Below are positions 51,217 through 64,000 of a stretch of DNA of 64,000 nucleotides, piece after piece. The notes beneath the pieces were generated by a model. That model was given only the letters and a program-made list of their open reading frames with translations, was not told the origin of the DNA and did not search any database. A program made the translations under genes and the position numbers. Numbering within the stretch: position 1 is the stretch's first letter; every line of letters begins with the position of its first letter. This DNA comes from Cirrosporium novae-zelandiae (lineage: Eukaryota), in NCBI GenBank assembly GCA_026023565.1, contig JAPETS010000045.1, positions 1 to 64,000 on the forward strand, written 5' to 3'.

Positions 51217-52331
51217 ATGTCCCTACCACAACCACCCGATTATCCCTCTCTCCCCCTAACCCAGCTCAACCTCTCCCACCCAGACATCTCCCCAAAAATC
51301 CTAATTCTAACCCTCGCCCGCCCCCACCACCACAACGCCTTCACATCCAAAATGGGCGAAGAAATCGAATTTGTGTTTGGACTCGTGGATCGCGATCCAC
51401 GCATTAGGTGCGTTGTCATGCGGGGGTGGGGCGGGAGGGACTTTTGTGCCGGGGCAGACTTGGAATTGGGGTTTCCGATAGAGGAAGGGGGGGAGGCGTT
51501 GAGGGCGCATCGGGATGGGTAAGCTTGTTTTTTTTTTCATTATACCACTTCTTTAGTATCAAACGACATACTATTTCTCTCTCTTATCTACTTCCTAACA
51601 CCGCTAACCCTAACTCCAGAGGCGGCCGCGTAGCCTTGGCAATCCACCGCTGCCGCACGCCTACCATCGCTGCGATAACCGGCAATGCCGTCGGCATCGG
51701 CATCACCATGACCCTGCCCTGCACAATTCGAGTTGTGCGGGCCTCAGCAAATATTGGTTTCGTCTTCTCCCGCCGGGGTCTCGTCATGGAAGCCTGCTCG
51801 TCGTACTTCCTACCTCGGCTGATCGGCATGTCTCGGGCCTTGCAAGTGTGCACCACGGGAGCCACATACGAAGGTCGGGATCCAGTTTGGGGGGATCTAT
51901 TTGGGGCGGTTGTGGAGGGGGGTGCGGAGGATGTGGTTGCCAGGGCGCTGGAGGTCGCACAGGAAGTTGTGGACAACACGAGTCCTATTAGTACGTATTT
52001 GATGCGAGAGATGATGTGGAGGGATAAGGGGAGTGCGGAGGCGCAACACCTGTTGGATAGTAGGGTAATTGGAGAATTATTTCGTGGGAGGTGAGTGGTT
52101 TGATCCCCCCCCCCCATCTGGAGCTCTTGTTTAGTTGTGGTGTTGAGGCTGATGAGCGTATTTGTGAGTAGGGATATGAAGGAAGGGATTTCTTCCTTTT
52201 TCGAGAAACGGAAGCCTGAGTTCAAGGGTAATATGGAGGAGGATGCACCAGCTGTGTTCCCATGGTGGGATCCTGTGGACACGAGGGCTCCGAATGAGAA
52301 GGGAATCGAGGGGGAGAAGTCAAAGTTGTGA
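51217..52331 (+). CDS. Enoyl-CoA hydratase/isomerase (crotonase) with PTS1; introns ~51519-51619 and 52091-52171
   Basis: FCAGADL, PTIAAITGNAVGIGITMTL, FSRRGLVMEACSSYFLPRLIG and EGISSFFEKRKPEF; ends SKL. Confidence 0.94.
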
Positions 52332-53656
52332 GCTAACTAAATAAAGTAGGGATCGAGAGGTAAAGGTGCTTGAGGAAGTGAGAAAAATTTTTAAGATGTA
52401 GGTAAGTTGTTGCTTGCTGGGGGCATGGACGTGTATCTTTCGCTCATTATATTGGAGCTGTGTGTCTAATAAGCCCAAGTAGAGTTTGGGTCAACAACAT
52501 TGAAAATATAGCAAATGGGTATTTCTGGGAGGATTTGAATAGTGTTCACTGGAGTTCGGTTTATAGAAAAGCGTCATTTTTCATGAATTTAATCTTGCTT
52601 TCTAACTTCACATGTTTGCGTTAAATAGTTTCTTCGTTCACTTCGCAGGCGATATCAATGCTGCTTTCCTAGCTGGGTTTGACGTTCTGAAACAGCTTTC
52701 ATGATGATTCTAGAGGATGCCGACGGCAGTTCTTCCCAACAGTCCACGAGTTGTTACATAAATGTGCCGCTTTGCCAGTTCAGGCTGTGTGAATGCTCCC
52801 TTACAGCGGTAGCAAATATAAGGATATGGTGAACAGGCTGGGTAATTTGGCCTTGGTCTTGGAAGAATGGTTACAAAATCAAGAAGGATGACTGGTCTGT
52901 ACCGAATTTAATCTGCAAAGAATGCAAGTTCGGCGGAGAGAAACAAGAATATTTATTGAGGGATAAACCCTTCTGTATTCATGATCAAAACGGTCTTTCA
53001 TATCATGACGCCGGCGTGCAAGTTTCTTAAATCCAGGATGACGATATTGTTGTGGGATTGCATAGGCGTGTGTTGATGATGATATAGGTTAAGGAAATTC
53101 CTGAGGCATCCTACACATCTTCATTATAAACTGAACGATCATGTTTCCCCGGTTCCATCGCCATATCACAGAACACCATATTGCATTCGACTGAATACCG
53201 CATTCGCAAGGGTGTCCATCAATAAACGAAGCAATATCAATGGTAGTATAATGAATATTGGCAAGCTGGATATGCAACCCTCCATGTTTTGAACTATGAG
53301 AGGTAGTGAATTTTTTATATATGATCACCAAGAATTTGCTACAGATATGGGTCACGTCAAGCTTAATGTCGAAAAAAGCGAAGGGTCATGATACAAGCAA
53401 GATAGAGTACGGCGATTGATTAAAAGAGCTCATTATCCATGCCATGCTATCCTCATTACCCAAGTCGTCGCATTTATCAGATAAGCATTTCATGGACGCC
53501 GTGATGTGTATTTATGATTACTGGCATAACTGTGGCTTGATGCTTGTGAAAACCTCTCCTGCAATGTTACCCAAGAAGAATCCAGATGAAGTTTCTGAAT
53601 CTACGCAACCAATCCAAAGAAGCCCATTCTTCATAGGTACGTTTATGGCGATACAG

Positions 53657-55276
53657 CTAAGACGTACCAATTTCCCCAAATGCAGGATTTGAAGCTGTCT
53701 TGCTCTTCCATTGGTTTTCAAGATCTTCGCGTATTGCCTTTCTGTGCTTTTGCTCTGTTTCTCTTGTCTTTGACCTTACGGCTTCTAGCCTTTCAACGCC
53801 AGATTCGATGTTTGCAATGTGTATACTTAAAGGAATGTCAAGATGGTGGGCTTGTTCAGCCGAAACGACACTATCTCTCAATTGCTGGAGTTCGGCTTCC
53901 ATGGTCTGAAGTTTGACGATGGTGGTTGCGACGAGATTCCAAGCCATCTGACGGTAAGCTCCAACCTGTTTCAAGATATCCAGCTCCTTATCCATCCGAC
54001 GAAGCCTCTTTCCGTTGCGTCCAAGCATTGTCCAAAGCTCCGAGAGGATCTCGTCCTTGGTTGCTTGTGTTTCGAGGCCATCTTTGATGGCAAGACCATT
54101 GATAACGTCCAATCGATCTTCAAGTTGTTTTAAGGTCATCAATAAACTTTGGGCTTCAATTGTAAGTCGGTGGATTTCGTTCTTTGAATCCTCGGTATGC
54201 CGTATATACTGATCTAACAATTTGTCTTCGGTAAGTCTGATCGGTAGGAAAGGAGCAAAGACGGAATCGACGTAGGTTTGTATGACTCCTCGATTAGCTT
54301 CTTCCAGAGCAATGTTATCTATCAGTCGCCTTGTCCAACGGGCGATATTGAGAAGATTATCAACAGTTCGGCCGACATGACCGTTGAAGCTTCCAAGATC
54401 GTAGGAGGCTGTTCGAGCCGACTCGATGAACCCGTCAAACTCCGTGATAAGAGCATTCTTCGAAGGAAGGCTACTGAATCTCACAACCTGTCGAAGGTCT
54501 CTAATCGAAACTTCGCCTCTTTTCATAACCATCGGCAGGGTCACCCTGTCAGCTGCTTCTTCCAAAATTTCCCCAAATTTTGATTGGATCTCCATAACTT
54601 CATCAAACTGTGGAGTTGGCGGATGGTCTCCTGGATAGTTGACCTTGGAGCGGCATATAGACAATGATGATGTTCCAGGAAAACGACATATTGGTGTTAT
54701 AGCCTGATACCAAGGCTGGAACAAGAGACTACCTAGGAAAACAACAATTCCAGATAGAAGGTATAGAGCCAACAACAACGAAATAGGAATCTTTAATAGC
54801 TTCAATACACGACCAAGGATATCAAAAACAAAAATAAAGGATGCTTCTAGGGACTTTTTAGTTATATCCCCATAGGATACATCATTTGCGGGATGGAAAG
54901 TCTGATCCCTCCTCTGTGGCCTTCGGTCTAATGGGATAGATTGTCTGAATGGGGACTGAATATTGCGCTTTCGAGGCGACATGGTTGGGTCCTGATTATT
55001 CGGGTTCATCCAAGAACTAAACACCAAGTCTTCATGCATAGACGGCATAATAAGCTCTGGTTCAATCCTGGTGTTGTTTGATGGCGTTGGTCTAGATTTA
55101 AACCCTTTTGTAGAGTGACAGCTCGATGTAATATTATGGTACCTTTGCTGTCGCCGGCTAGGGATACTGTTTCGGGATTCGTCTGTGGAGATTGAAGAAT
55201 AACCATCCTCGTCGGCATCAAAATTGTCTGTCCATGAATCTTCTATTGTCTGATGAATACTCTTTGATCTTGCCAT
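53657..55276 (-). CDS. Hypothetical protein, intronless; disordered N-terminus, TM segment, long helical/coiled-coil C-terminus
   Basis: 539-aa ORF with hydrophobic stretch IPISLLLALYLLSGIVVFLGSLLF and a heptad-rich C-terminal half. Confidence 0.85.
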   Translation of the reverse strand: MARSKSIHQTIEDSWTDNFDADEDGYSSISTDESRNSIPSRRQQRYHNITSSCHSTKGFKSRPTPSNNTRIEPELIMPSMHEDLVFSSWMNPNNQDPTMSPRKRNIQSPFRQSIPLDRRPQRRDQTFHPANDVSYGDITKKSLEASFIFVFDILGRVLKLLKIPISLLLALYLLSGIVVFLGSLLFQPWYQAITPICRFPGTSSLSICRSKVNYPGDHPPTPQFDEVMEIQSKFGEILEEAADRVTLPMVMKRGEVSIRDLRQVVRFSSLPSKNALITEFDGFIESARTASYDLGSFNGHVGRTVDNLLNIARWTRRLIDNIALEEANRGVIQTYVDSVFAPFLPIRLTEDKLLDQYIRHTEDSKNEIHRLTIEAQSLLMTLKQLEDRLDVINGLAIKDGLETQATKDEILSELWTMLGRNGKRLRRMDKELDILKQVGAYRQMAWNLVATTIVKLQTMEAELQQLRDSVVSAEQAHHLDIPLSIHIANIESGVERLEAVRSKTRETEQKHRKAIREDLENQWKSKTASNPAFGEIGTS

Positions 55277-55815
55277 GTCGAATTTTGAGGCAAGGAGATG
55301 TGGATAGTAATAGAGAAATAGAAAAATAGAGAAATGTCAAATATCAAATCATGGAGCCAGTGTGGATAAGATAGGTTTAGTTAGGAATGCCGTCACCGAA
55401 TGGATGGGATACAAGTATTGCCTCTCGCTTTGTGTGTGGATGGATGATGTGAATGAGGAGGCTGGAGGGAGCCAGAAGCCAGAACACGTCACAACCTCAC
55501 AACCTCACATCCATACCATCATTACCACTCCTATTCCTGGGCATAACATTTGCCGGTAAAGACTCCGGATTTATCAGAAATGATAATAGATGCTATATAA
55601 CTGTGAAAGATGAAAATGAATCATTTTGATCCAGAAATGCCATATCAGGTACAACACAGTGATGAAGACCTTTGAACTTCTGGCAGGAATTAGTGTTTCT
55701 TGGCGATCGGTATGGTTGATCCGAGATGTTAGAGCTAACCATATTTGTTGCATTTCATCGTCTAGATTTTGATATTCATTGATCTTTCACATATCTTCTC
55801 GAAATTGGAAGCTTG

Positions 55816-57480
55816 ATGCGACTTCCTTCGGTTTCTTGTCGGCTGCTAAAGCTGTCGTCGAGGCCTTTCTCCATCATTCTCCAAGATACTCGACCTCCCT
55901 TGGTATCCGTCATTCGCCATTGTTCATTATGTTCTACCAAACCAACTACATCTCCGCAATCTGATTCTCAGTTGGTGGATCAAACCACCTCAAACCCTCC
56001 AATCCCAAAGGTCGATCATAGGCAAATCGGCACAGAGCAAGATCTATTCTTCTCTTCCGTCTACAGCCCTGGCTCACCCATGTTCCTTCCCAATGGCACT
56101 CATATCTTTAACAAACTACAATCCTTTCTCCGTGTGCAATATAGACGATATGGGTTTCAAGAGGTCCTCACCCCAACAATCTACAAGAAGTCTTTATGGG
56201 AACAGTCCGGGCATTGGGATAATTACAAAGATGATATGTATTCGGTCGTTGGCCGCGGAGCTTCTGGGCACAAAGAGAACACCGAGATAGGTGAAGACGA
56301 AGAATATGGGCTCAAGCCAATGAATTGTCCAGGCCATTGCCTCTTATTTAAGTCGGAAACAAGAAGTTACCGAGACTTGCCTGTCAGATATGCTGATTTC
56401 AGTCCTCTACATCGGAACGAGGTCTCTGGGGCCTTGACCGGGTTGACACGAGTTAGGAGATTTCACCAAGATGACGGCCATATTTTCTGTCGCCCAAGCC
56501 AAATTTCTGAGGAAATATCGCGAACTCTAGACTTTGTCTCATTGGCAATGAAGACATTTGGACTAGGTCCCTTTAAGCTTGTGTTATCGACAAGGCCAGA
56601 AAAGGATTTCATTGGTACCGAGGCAGAATGGGAACGTGCTGAGAGCCAGCTTCGAGAGGCTTTAAATAAAAATGGAAAGGATTGGGAGCTAAATCCAGGC
56701 GATGGCGCATTTTATGGGCCGAAGATTGATATCATTCTCAAGGACGCAAATGGCAAGGAACATCAAACTGCTACAATACAATTGGACTTTCAACTGCCTC
56801 AACGGTTTGGTTTGGAATATGTTGCCCCCTCCGATCAAGATAGCGACGTTAGAAGTAAAGACTTGGTACCGTCTGATAGTCACATGGGGCGTTCCACCCC
56901 TGTTCTCATTCATCGGGCTATTTTCGGTTCTCTTGAACGATTTATGGCCTTACTAATCGAACATTACAACGGCCATTGGCCTTTCTGGCTAAGTCCACGT
57001 CAAGTGATTATCCTAAGTGTCAATCAGTCGCCAGAGCTTATCGACGCGATCCACAACCTCAAGGAACGCATATCGAACGTGTTGGTGGAGAATGCTGGCC
57101 CCGGAAAGAAGTTAGCAATGACTGATCCAATACCTCTTAATCACCAATATTTTATGGTTGATACTGATACATCGGCACGAGAGTTGAAGAAAAAAGTGGC
57201 CGAAGCGAAGCATAAAAGGTATAACCTCATAATCGTCTGCGGTCCGAAGGACCTACAAGAAGCCAAGACTCTCTCTACAGCTGGAGACCAAGAACATGAC
57301 CTCCTTGGACAGGTGCGATTTAGCGTTGATATCAAGGGTCAACTAAGATCGCTGGAGACGATGGATGTTCTGACACAACAGCTAAACAAGACCGGTGACT
57401 TGAAGAACAGCCGAGCGATCCGAATGAATGAAGAGGAATTGCGGAAGTTTATGATGGCTCTAAACGATCAATACTTGTAG
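55816..57480 (+). CDS. MST1: Mitochondrial threonyl-tRNA synthetase (no N-terminal editing domain), intronless
   Basis: R/S/L-rich presequence; SGHWDNY, LKPMNCPGHC, LHRNEVSGALTGLTRVRRFHQDDGH, GAFYGPKID and IHRAIFGSLERF. Confidence 0.95.
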   Translation: MRLPSVSCRLLKLSSRPFSIILQDTRPPLVSVIRHCSLCSTKPTTSPQSDSQLVDQTTSNPPIPKVDHRQIGTEQDLFFSSVYSPGSPMFLPNGTHIFNKLQSFLRVQYRRYGFQEVLTPTIYKKSLWEQSGHWDNYKDDMYSVVGRGASGHKENTEIGEDEEYGLKPMNCPGHCLLFKSETRSYRDLPVRYADFSPLHRNEVSGALTGLTRVRRFHQDDGHIFCRPSQISEEISRTLDFVSLAMKTFGLGPFKLVLSTRPEKDFIGTEAEWERAESQLREALNKNGKDWELNPGDGAFYGPKIDIILKDANGKEHQTATIQLDFQLPQRFGLEYVAPSDQDSDVRSKDLVPSDSHMGRSTPVLIHRAIFGSLERFMALLIEHYNGHWPFWLSPRQVIILSVNQSPELIDAIHNLKERISNVLVENAGPGKKLAMTDPIPLNHQYFMVDTDTSARELKKKVAEAKHKRYNLIIVCGPKDLQEAKTLSTAGDQEHDLLGQVRFSVDIKGQLRSLETMDVLTQQLNKTGDLKNSRAIRMNEEELRKFMMALNDQYL

Positions 57481-59350
57481 AATACCTTTCTTATCCTAGG
57501 TACTGTACACTAATGAAGATTGATTCCAACGGTTTCGGGGTTCATGTGACCATAGTATCCAAGAGTTTTGCAGAGGACGAGAATGTGATCTCAGAGAATC
57601 GAAAAAGGAAAAAGGTGTTGGGGGATTTAAATAGTGAGGGTGTCACGATCTGCTGAGAGTATGAGGAGATAGGCGTTGAATTTTGGTGTTGTACATGGGT
57701 GGGACTAAGCGAGCTGCAAACGGTTATCATTATGGATACGATGAACAGCCTTGTCAAATATCTGGAACTGTCAGGTGCACCGATGGTGGAGTAGAGGCAA
57801 CGAGCTTGCTATCTGCAGAGATGGGTTGGTGTGGTGCAGGGTTGATGGTGCGATGCAAACATAGGACAGGGAGGGAGGAGTGGGCCAAAATGCATCATTC
57901 ACAATGTACGATAATATGAACTGCTTGGGAGAGAAAAAAAGAAAAGGTAGGTCTGGATGTTCCAAATAGGAAAATAAGGACACAGAATATCTACATTCTG
58001 TAGACAATAAGAGGGACGTTAAAGTAGAGTTCCTTGAATCAACTGTAGTTGGATGGATTGTGGTGATGTTCACTCTGTAGCCGCCGAGCTTGAGGGTGAT
58101 CCGTTTAGTCAGTCCATTTAGCCCATTTGTAAATCCTTGGTGCATGTCAGCCAAGTATTTTGCACCCTGGCGAAGGACCTGCAGGATGATGGGAAAAAAA
58201 AAAAAGTTGTTGTGGGCGTTTGGATATTAGACGAATGGATGATGATTATTTCTGAATGATGGAATATTGAAATAAACTACCAAGGTAATTACAATAACAA
58301 TAACCTTAGCCTGGGTGGCTGCACGGAAGAGTCTGGACCTCCTTTATGGAGAGGGCGACTTTGGTCAAATAGCGACCCCTGTTGGAACAGCCACCAAGAG
58401 AAAGAGGAGGGAACCTAATTACCTAATTAGGTCATGGTGGCTTTTTGTTTCGTGAAGTTTCCTTAACTTACCACGCTTACCCAACTTAGCCTTGGCCTAC
58501 ATGGGAATTGGCTTTTGATTGCCACTACCGCGGTTAATTTCCTTTGAGCCTATCACATCACTCCCTTACCCAACCTGCCCTTGACAAAGTACCTGGGTAC
58601 CTCCCTTTCATTCACCTTGATAGAAAAGAATACTTTTGGTTTGATTTGACTTGATTTTCATTTTCTGTCATTTTGCAAAGGTTTATTAAGCACCTTATAT
58701 ATTTATATCAATAAAATAGACTACACATTTAATAAGAATAAACTAATCAGTAAAAACCAATTGGATGGCTTCTTGCCGTCTTATTTTTACACTAACCAGA
58801 TTGATTCGATTGATCTCATTTCGCTTGTGACCTTTAACTAAGGCCGTAAAGAGAAGAGAAAAAAGGGAACGGAACCAAACCACACCCCAACTGGCCCTTC
58901 CCCCCCCCCCCCCGATCCGCCGGTCGCAAATCCGCTGAACCTCCCCCCAGCCTCAGGCATCTCGCGCATGGACAATTTCGTGCCTTCGTACCATCGTGCC
59001 TTTCGTGCCCATCGTCAACTTAATCGTTTGACTTCTTACCTCCGCCTGTGACTGTATCTTCAATCATTTTTCACCTGTCTCTGGCCGAGGCGCGATCTGA
59101 TTCTCTCAGTTCATCAATCAATCCGCGTCGTCCCTTTTCTTCACCGGCCGAGGTAATATTAGACGTTTTCTTACCCCATAATTCTCTCATCGTCGCATAC
59201 GAGTTAAGCTGGACTCAACCGTGAAGGACGATACAAATCGAGCTACGCTGGCCAACGCCTCGCTGTCTCTGTCATTCTGTGTCCCTTCACCACTTCGATC
59301 GGTGCGCCTTTCATCCTCTCTGCCTCTCTCGAGGCCTGGTTACGCCCCCC

Positions 59351-61450
59351 ATGAGTGCCGAAGGTCCCTCGACCTCTGTTGAGAAGGATGCGAGTAGCCC
59401 CTCAGGGAAAGCTATTTCTCCTCAGGATCCCTCACAGACTTCTCCCAACGGTAAGAAATTCATCGTCATGTTAAAAAATCACGCTGGCCCCTTCGTCTCC
59501 CTATCCTTGAATCTGCCGATCTAGCTGAATACTGATTACGCCTAGGCCATGTCCCTTCTACAGAACTAGTCCCTAATCAAGATTCCTCATCGACTAACCC
59601 TTCATCGTCGAAGCAAGATGCTCCTGATCATGGAAACAAGGATGCACACCTCAGTCCAGAGTCAGAAGGACAGAACGGTTCGCTGAAGGCGGAATCTGAA
59701 TCGTCTAAAAAGTCTAAGAAGAAACGGTCCTTTCTGAAAGTTCCTTCTCGCACTTCATCAATGCTGAAGCATCAGACATCCGCTGGAACTCCACCATCAA
59801 CCAGTGTCTCCCCCGAAGATACTCCTACGAAAGAGGCGGAAAGTTCCAACGGAGGTCCAAATACTGGCAATGGCGTCGCAGATATGGAAAAATCTGATGA
59901 GGCAAATTCTGCACTAGAGGGACAGGATGGTTCGAAACCAGAGAGACCGAAGAAAGGCGTTTCCAGATTCCTCTCGTTCTTAAACTGCTGCAGCTATCCG
60001 GACAATGCGAATACGGTTGAAAATCGAGATTCTCTACAACCACCCAGGAAAACGCAAAAATATCAGTCTCCGAGGGGAAGACAGCCCACCCCTATCCCCA
60101 GGCAAGATGTGAGTGCAACCGAATCCAGTACAGCCGAATCAAAAGACAATATGGATGAGAAGGCCAATGTTTCACCGTTTTCTGATCAACAAACCATCGT
60201 TCAGGAAGATTCGACCATGGGCGACGAACACCAGGATGAAGAGATGGCTGAGAAAGCAAAGGCAGACAATGTTGAAGCCTTGACCGAATCGAAAGAAGAG
60301 ACTCAAGCGGAAAGCCAAGGGAGCGAACAGAAATCACCCGAATTGGCCGTGGCTCCCCACCTCGACACGTCTGATGCCTCGTTGCAAGGCCCTTCACAAC
60401 CGCCTGACGTCAATGTCAACATTGAAGAACCGACCCCAACGATGGTAGCAGCGGAGGAGGCGATATCAGATCGAACTGCGCAACAAGCTAAGCGAGATGA
60501 AGACATCGAAATGAGCGAAGCCCCTCCCGTTGCTCCAGTCAGCGAAAAGGCAAGTTCTTCCGAAGTCCCGGAGGAAGAAAACGCATCTCCGAAAATAGCA
60601 TTACCTCCACCTCCGCCGTTAGAAGAACGGGAGGCGCAATTAGGACTTGGTCCTGCTAGTGATATAGCCCCCGACGAGAATCAGCAATGGTTATTACCCC
60701 CGATCAAGCCTGAGTTCCGAGGCAAAAAATGCCTTGTTCTTGATCTTGACGAGACTCTTGTTCATAGTAGCTTTAAGGTAAGTTTTTCTATCTGACTACA
60801 TAAAAAATATCTATATCAGCTTGGTCGACGTTGCAACTTGTGTTTACTCTTCATGCCATAGTGGGACACAATACTAATATCCTACAGATCCTCCAGCAAG
60901 CAGATTTCACGATTCCAGTTGAAATAGAAGGCCAGTATCATAACGTATACGTAATTAAGCGACCAGGGGTTGATCAGTTTATGAAAAGAGTTGGAGAGTT
61001 GTATGAGGTCGTTGTCTTTACTGCCTCAGTGTCCAAGGTGAGCGCGTCCCCAAATTATGCCCATATCATGTTCTAACCAGTTAAACGCAGTATGGCGATC
61101 CCCTTCTTGACCAGCTTGACATCCATAACGTTGTTCATCATCGTCTTTTCCGGGAGAGTTGTTATAATCACCAAGGAAATTATGTCAAAGTAAATACCAC
61201 GTCCTTCCAAGTTGGTCCATTAGCTAACTGCATATAGGATCTTTCGCAAGTTGGAAGAGATCTCAAAGACACAATCATTATCGACAATTCCCCTACTTCC
61301 TACATATTCCACCCTCAGCATGCTGTCCCGATTAGCAGCTGGTTCTCCGATGCACACGACAATGAATTATTAGATCTAATACCCGTTCTCGAAGACCTTG
61401 CGGGCTCTCAAGTTAGAGATGTCAGCTTGGTTCTCGATGTCTCATTATAG
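59351..61450 (+). CDS. PSR1: Psr1/Psr2-like FCP1/SCP HAD phosphatase; introns 59450-59545, 60778-60887, 61038-61090, 61190-61238
   Basis: [39 protein letters not shown] and IIIDNSP; FLNCCS is a palmitoylation-type motif. Confidence 0.93.
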
Positions 61451-63081
61451 CCCGCCCTCTTTCTGGTTTCTCAATAACGCCGAGAAGTAATCAACCGAAT
61501 TAAGCACTGGTGCACTTTGCGACGGAGTTACTGTCATTTTCCCTTCTTCGAATGTCGAGCATGCATCCATATACCCTATTAATTATGTTTTGAGCCCTTG
61601 TAAAATCAACATACATGATTGATTACAAGGCAACCGAAAATTCAGTGCTGCCATTCACATTTGTCTGGGCCGCATTGTTTTGGGCTTGTAGGGGGCGTGG
61701 AATGATTTTCATTAGAGGATTCGGTTGGAGATGGATCTTCCCGGAGTGTTTCTCCACTCAGTATGCTCCGGGTAGTACAGAAGGTTTTCTTTTTTGGGAC
61801 TGGTATGGACAAACGGGGTGGACTCCAATGTTTTGTGAAAGGTGAAAAAGAGGACAGTTCTTCCCTATTCATATGTTCTAAACTGCATTGCCATATGGCA
61901 TCGTGTTCCAACAAAAATTACCTTACTTCAGCCCCGCCAGCATGACAATTTGGCAAATTTCCTTTGAAAATCTTTTCACATCCAATGAAATGCAAATCCG
62001 GTACAAGGATAAAACAACTGTTTTTTAATTGCTGGCTCAATACGATGCCCTCTCGATTATACATCTCCTTTTCACGTACAGACTTAAGATTTTCCCTTTT
62101 TTGATACTCCCTACTATATATGATTTCAACGGTGGCATTTTTTTATAACTTTTAGTGAGTGTCCAGCTGTCTAAAGCTCCGACGAGCAATACCCCTTTTC
62201 CTTTCCTTTTCTTACTCTATACAAACTCTAGCTAGTCTATTCTCTTTTTTTTCCAGTCATTTTCGTTTCGTTATATAAAGCTGTGCTGTGTGCTGTGCTG
62301 CATTTTGTTTTCCTTATTTTCGTTGGCAGGTGAAAAAAAAATTACAACAAAATATGGATTGGGCGTTTTTTTTTTTTTTTGATAAGCTTTTATGAGTGAA
62401 TAGTCTTAACATATTTTCCTTTTTAGGAAGTTTCATATCAATGCATTTTTTTTATTTGAGAGTGTTTTGATTTGTGGGTTGAAGTTGCGCTTGTAAGAGT
62501 GGGGGGGAGGGAGGGCAAGTAGATGGATGGTACGTTGTTGTACGATTCTATTTAATAGATGTCAGCGTTAGTGGAGTTGTGTGGGTAAGTGGTGGGTAGT
62601 AAAGGTGGAATGGATATGTATCCATACCCTGAATGAAGGAGGTGGAGATGTGGCAAGCAGATAGTGAAGGAGGTATAGGGGGTTGATGAGATGAGATGAA
62701 GATATGATGATTATCTTTTGAATTTGGATTTTGTAATTAGGTATGTTAGCTTAGGTATAGCTGGCTAGGTTGGTAATATTTGATTCCCCATCTGTGAACT
62801 GTGAATTGTGTACTGTGAGCAATGATCTTTGGTAGGAGATGTCGTGATAAGTAGATTAAGTCTTTGAATGAGACTTTTTTGGAGAGATAGAGTAATGGAA
62901 AGGGTGTATTCTGTATGTATGTATATTAAATTTTGCCTCTTCAGAGTTGGGATGTGTGCAGTTAGTGGGTAATTATTCATGTAGCTATCCATTTTTTCAT
63001 TAAATTGATAGGAGGGAGTAGATATTAATTTTCATCTATCACAGTAATAGTATACTACATGACAATGCAGGGATCGTTTCT

Positions 63082-64000
63082 TTATGTTAATGTAACCTAT
63101 ATCAGAAAGCCGTCAGTCTTCTCTTCGGGGAGAAGTACCACCAAGATAGGATACTTATGAACTTACCAACTCCTCCGCACTTGTCGGATGAATAGCCACA
63201 CAGTTATCAAAATCCCTCTTAGTCGCTCCCATCTTCACTGCGACCCCAAACCCCTGCAACATCTCACCAACACCGGTCCCTAAGATATGCAACCCCACGA
63301 CCCTCTCCTCCGGCCCCGCGCACACTAGCTTGAATTCCGTAGGGTTTACGTCCTTTTCCTCTGAGCTGGAAAGACCATACAGCATGGCCGTAAACTTTGT
63401 ATGGTAGGTCTTTATGTTTTGGGCACCATACTGGGAGCAGGCTTCTGGTTCCGTGAGGCCGATGGCGCCGATTTCCGGGTGCGCGAACACGACCGTGGGG
63501 ACTTGGTTGTAGGAGAGTTTGGAGGTGGAGAGGGAGGGGGGACCGAAGAGTCGGTTGCTTAGATGGCGGCCGGCGGCGATGGCGACTGAAGGGGTGTGTT
63601 AGATAGGTACACAAGTGGTTGGGAATGGGAGAGATAGATGGATGGACAAACCTGGGGTCAAGGCTAGCTGGCCTGTTACGTCGCCGATAGCGTAGACGCC
63701 TTGAGTGGTGGTGGTTTGGTACTCATCAACTTGTATATATCCGTATTGGTCTTGCTTGACGCCAACGTGAGGAAGACGAAGCTCATGAACTTCGGGGGTT
63801 CTTCCAATAGCCCATAGAAGTTCATTGACTTCTAGCTCGTCACCTTGAAGCCCAACTAGTTTGAGCAGCTTTTCTTCTCCGTTGGCTTTGCCGTCACGCA
63901 GTTGAATAACCTCCTTGTAACCGGGATAACTCCTGTGTACATGGATCCCCGCATCTTCATATCGTTTTGTGATTGTCTCCCGGATCATTGGGTCAAACCT
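63082..64000 (-). CDS. GLR1: Glutathione reductase, 3' part (5' end outside window); introns ~63587-63651 and 63097-63167
   Basis: [37 protein letters not shown] and [20 protein letters not shown]. Confidence 0.93.

Noticed and set aside
53089..53355. 88-aa minus ORF, possible pseudogene
   Set aside because: GTG start, no recognisable motif and no supporting splice structure.

Overview
Filamentous-ascomycete (Pezizomycotina-type) genomic DNA: short GT-AG introns with CTRAY branch points and strong RIP signatures. Bases 1-~20,520 are an extremely AT-rich block of nested, RIP-destroyed retroelements: a minus-strand chromodomain Ty3/Gypsy element with a same-family solo LTR in its RNase H, several Tad1-like LINE copies and 3' fragments with (TCA)n or (AATC)n tails and TSDs, and further solo LTRs. 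From ~20,600 the window is ordinary gene-dense DNA: DUR3, GWT1, RidA/YjgF, a hypothetical protein, FRG1, NGG1/ADA3, an HMG-box gene, urease, a GH45 endoglucanase, a Zn2Cys6 TF, an amino-acid permease, a peroxisomal enoyl-CoA hydratase, a TM/coiled-coil hypothetical protein, mitochondrial ThrRS, a PSR1-like phosphatase and the 3' part of glutathione reductase. The best novelty candidate is a ~0.75 kb non-coding stretch between NGG1 and the HMG gene (~34,250-35,010) that can fold almost end to end into nested hairpins. It has an Sm-like site on + and a telomere-template-like CTAACCCT on -. The second candidate is a ~545 bp SINE-like unit with a fixed 5' end that corresponds to a LINE 3' region. 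All calls and folds were made by eye; no searches or folding programs were run.
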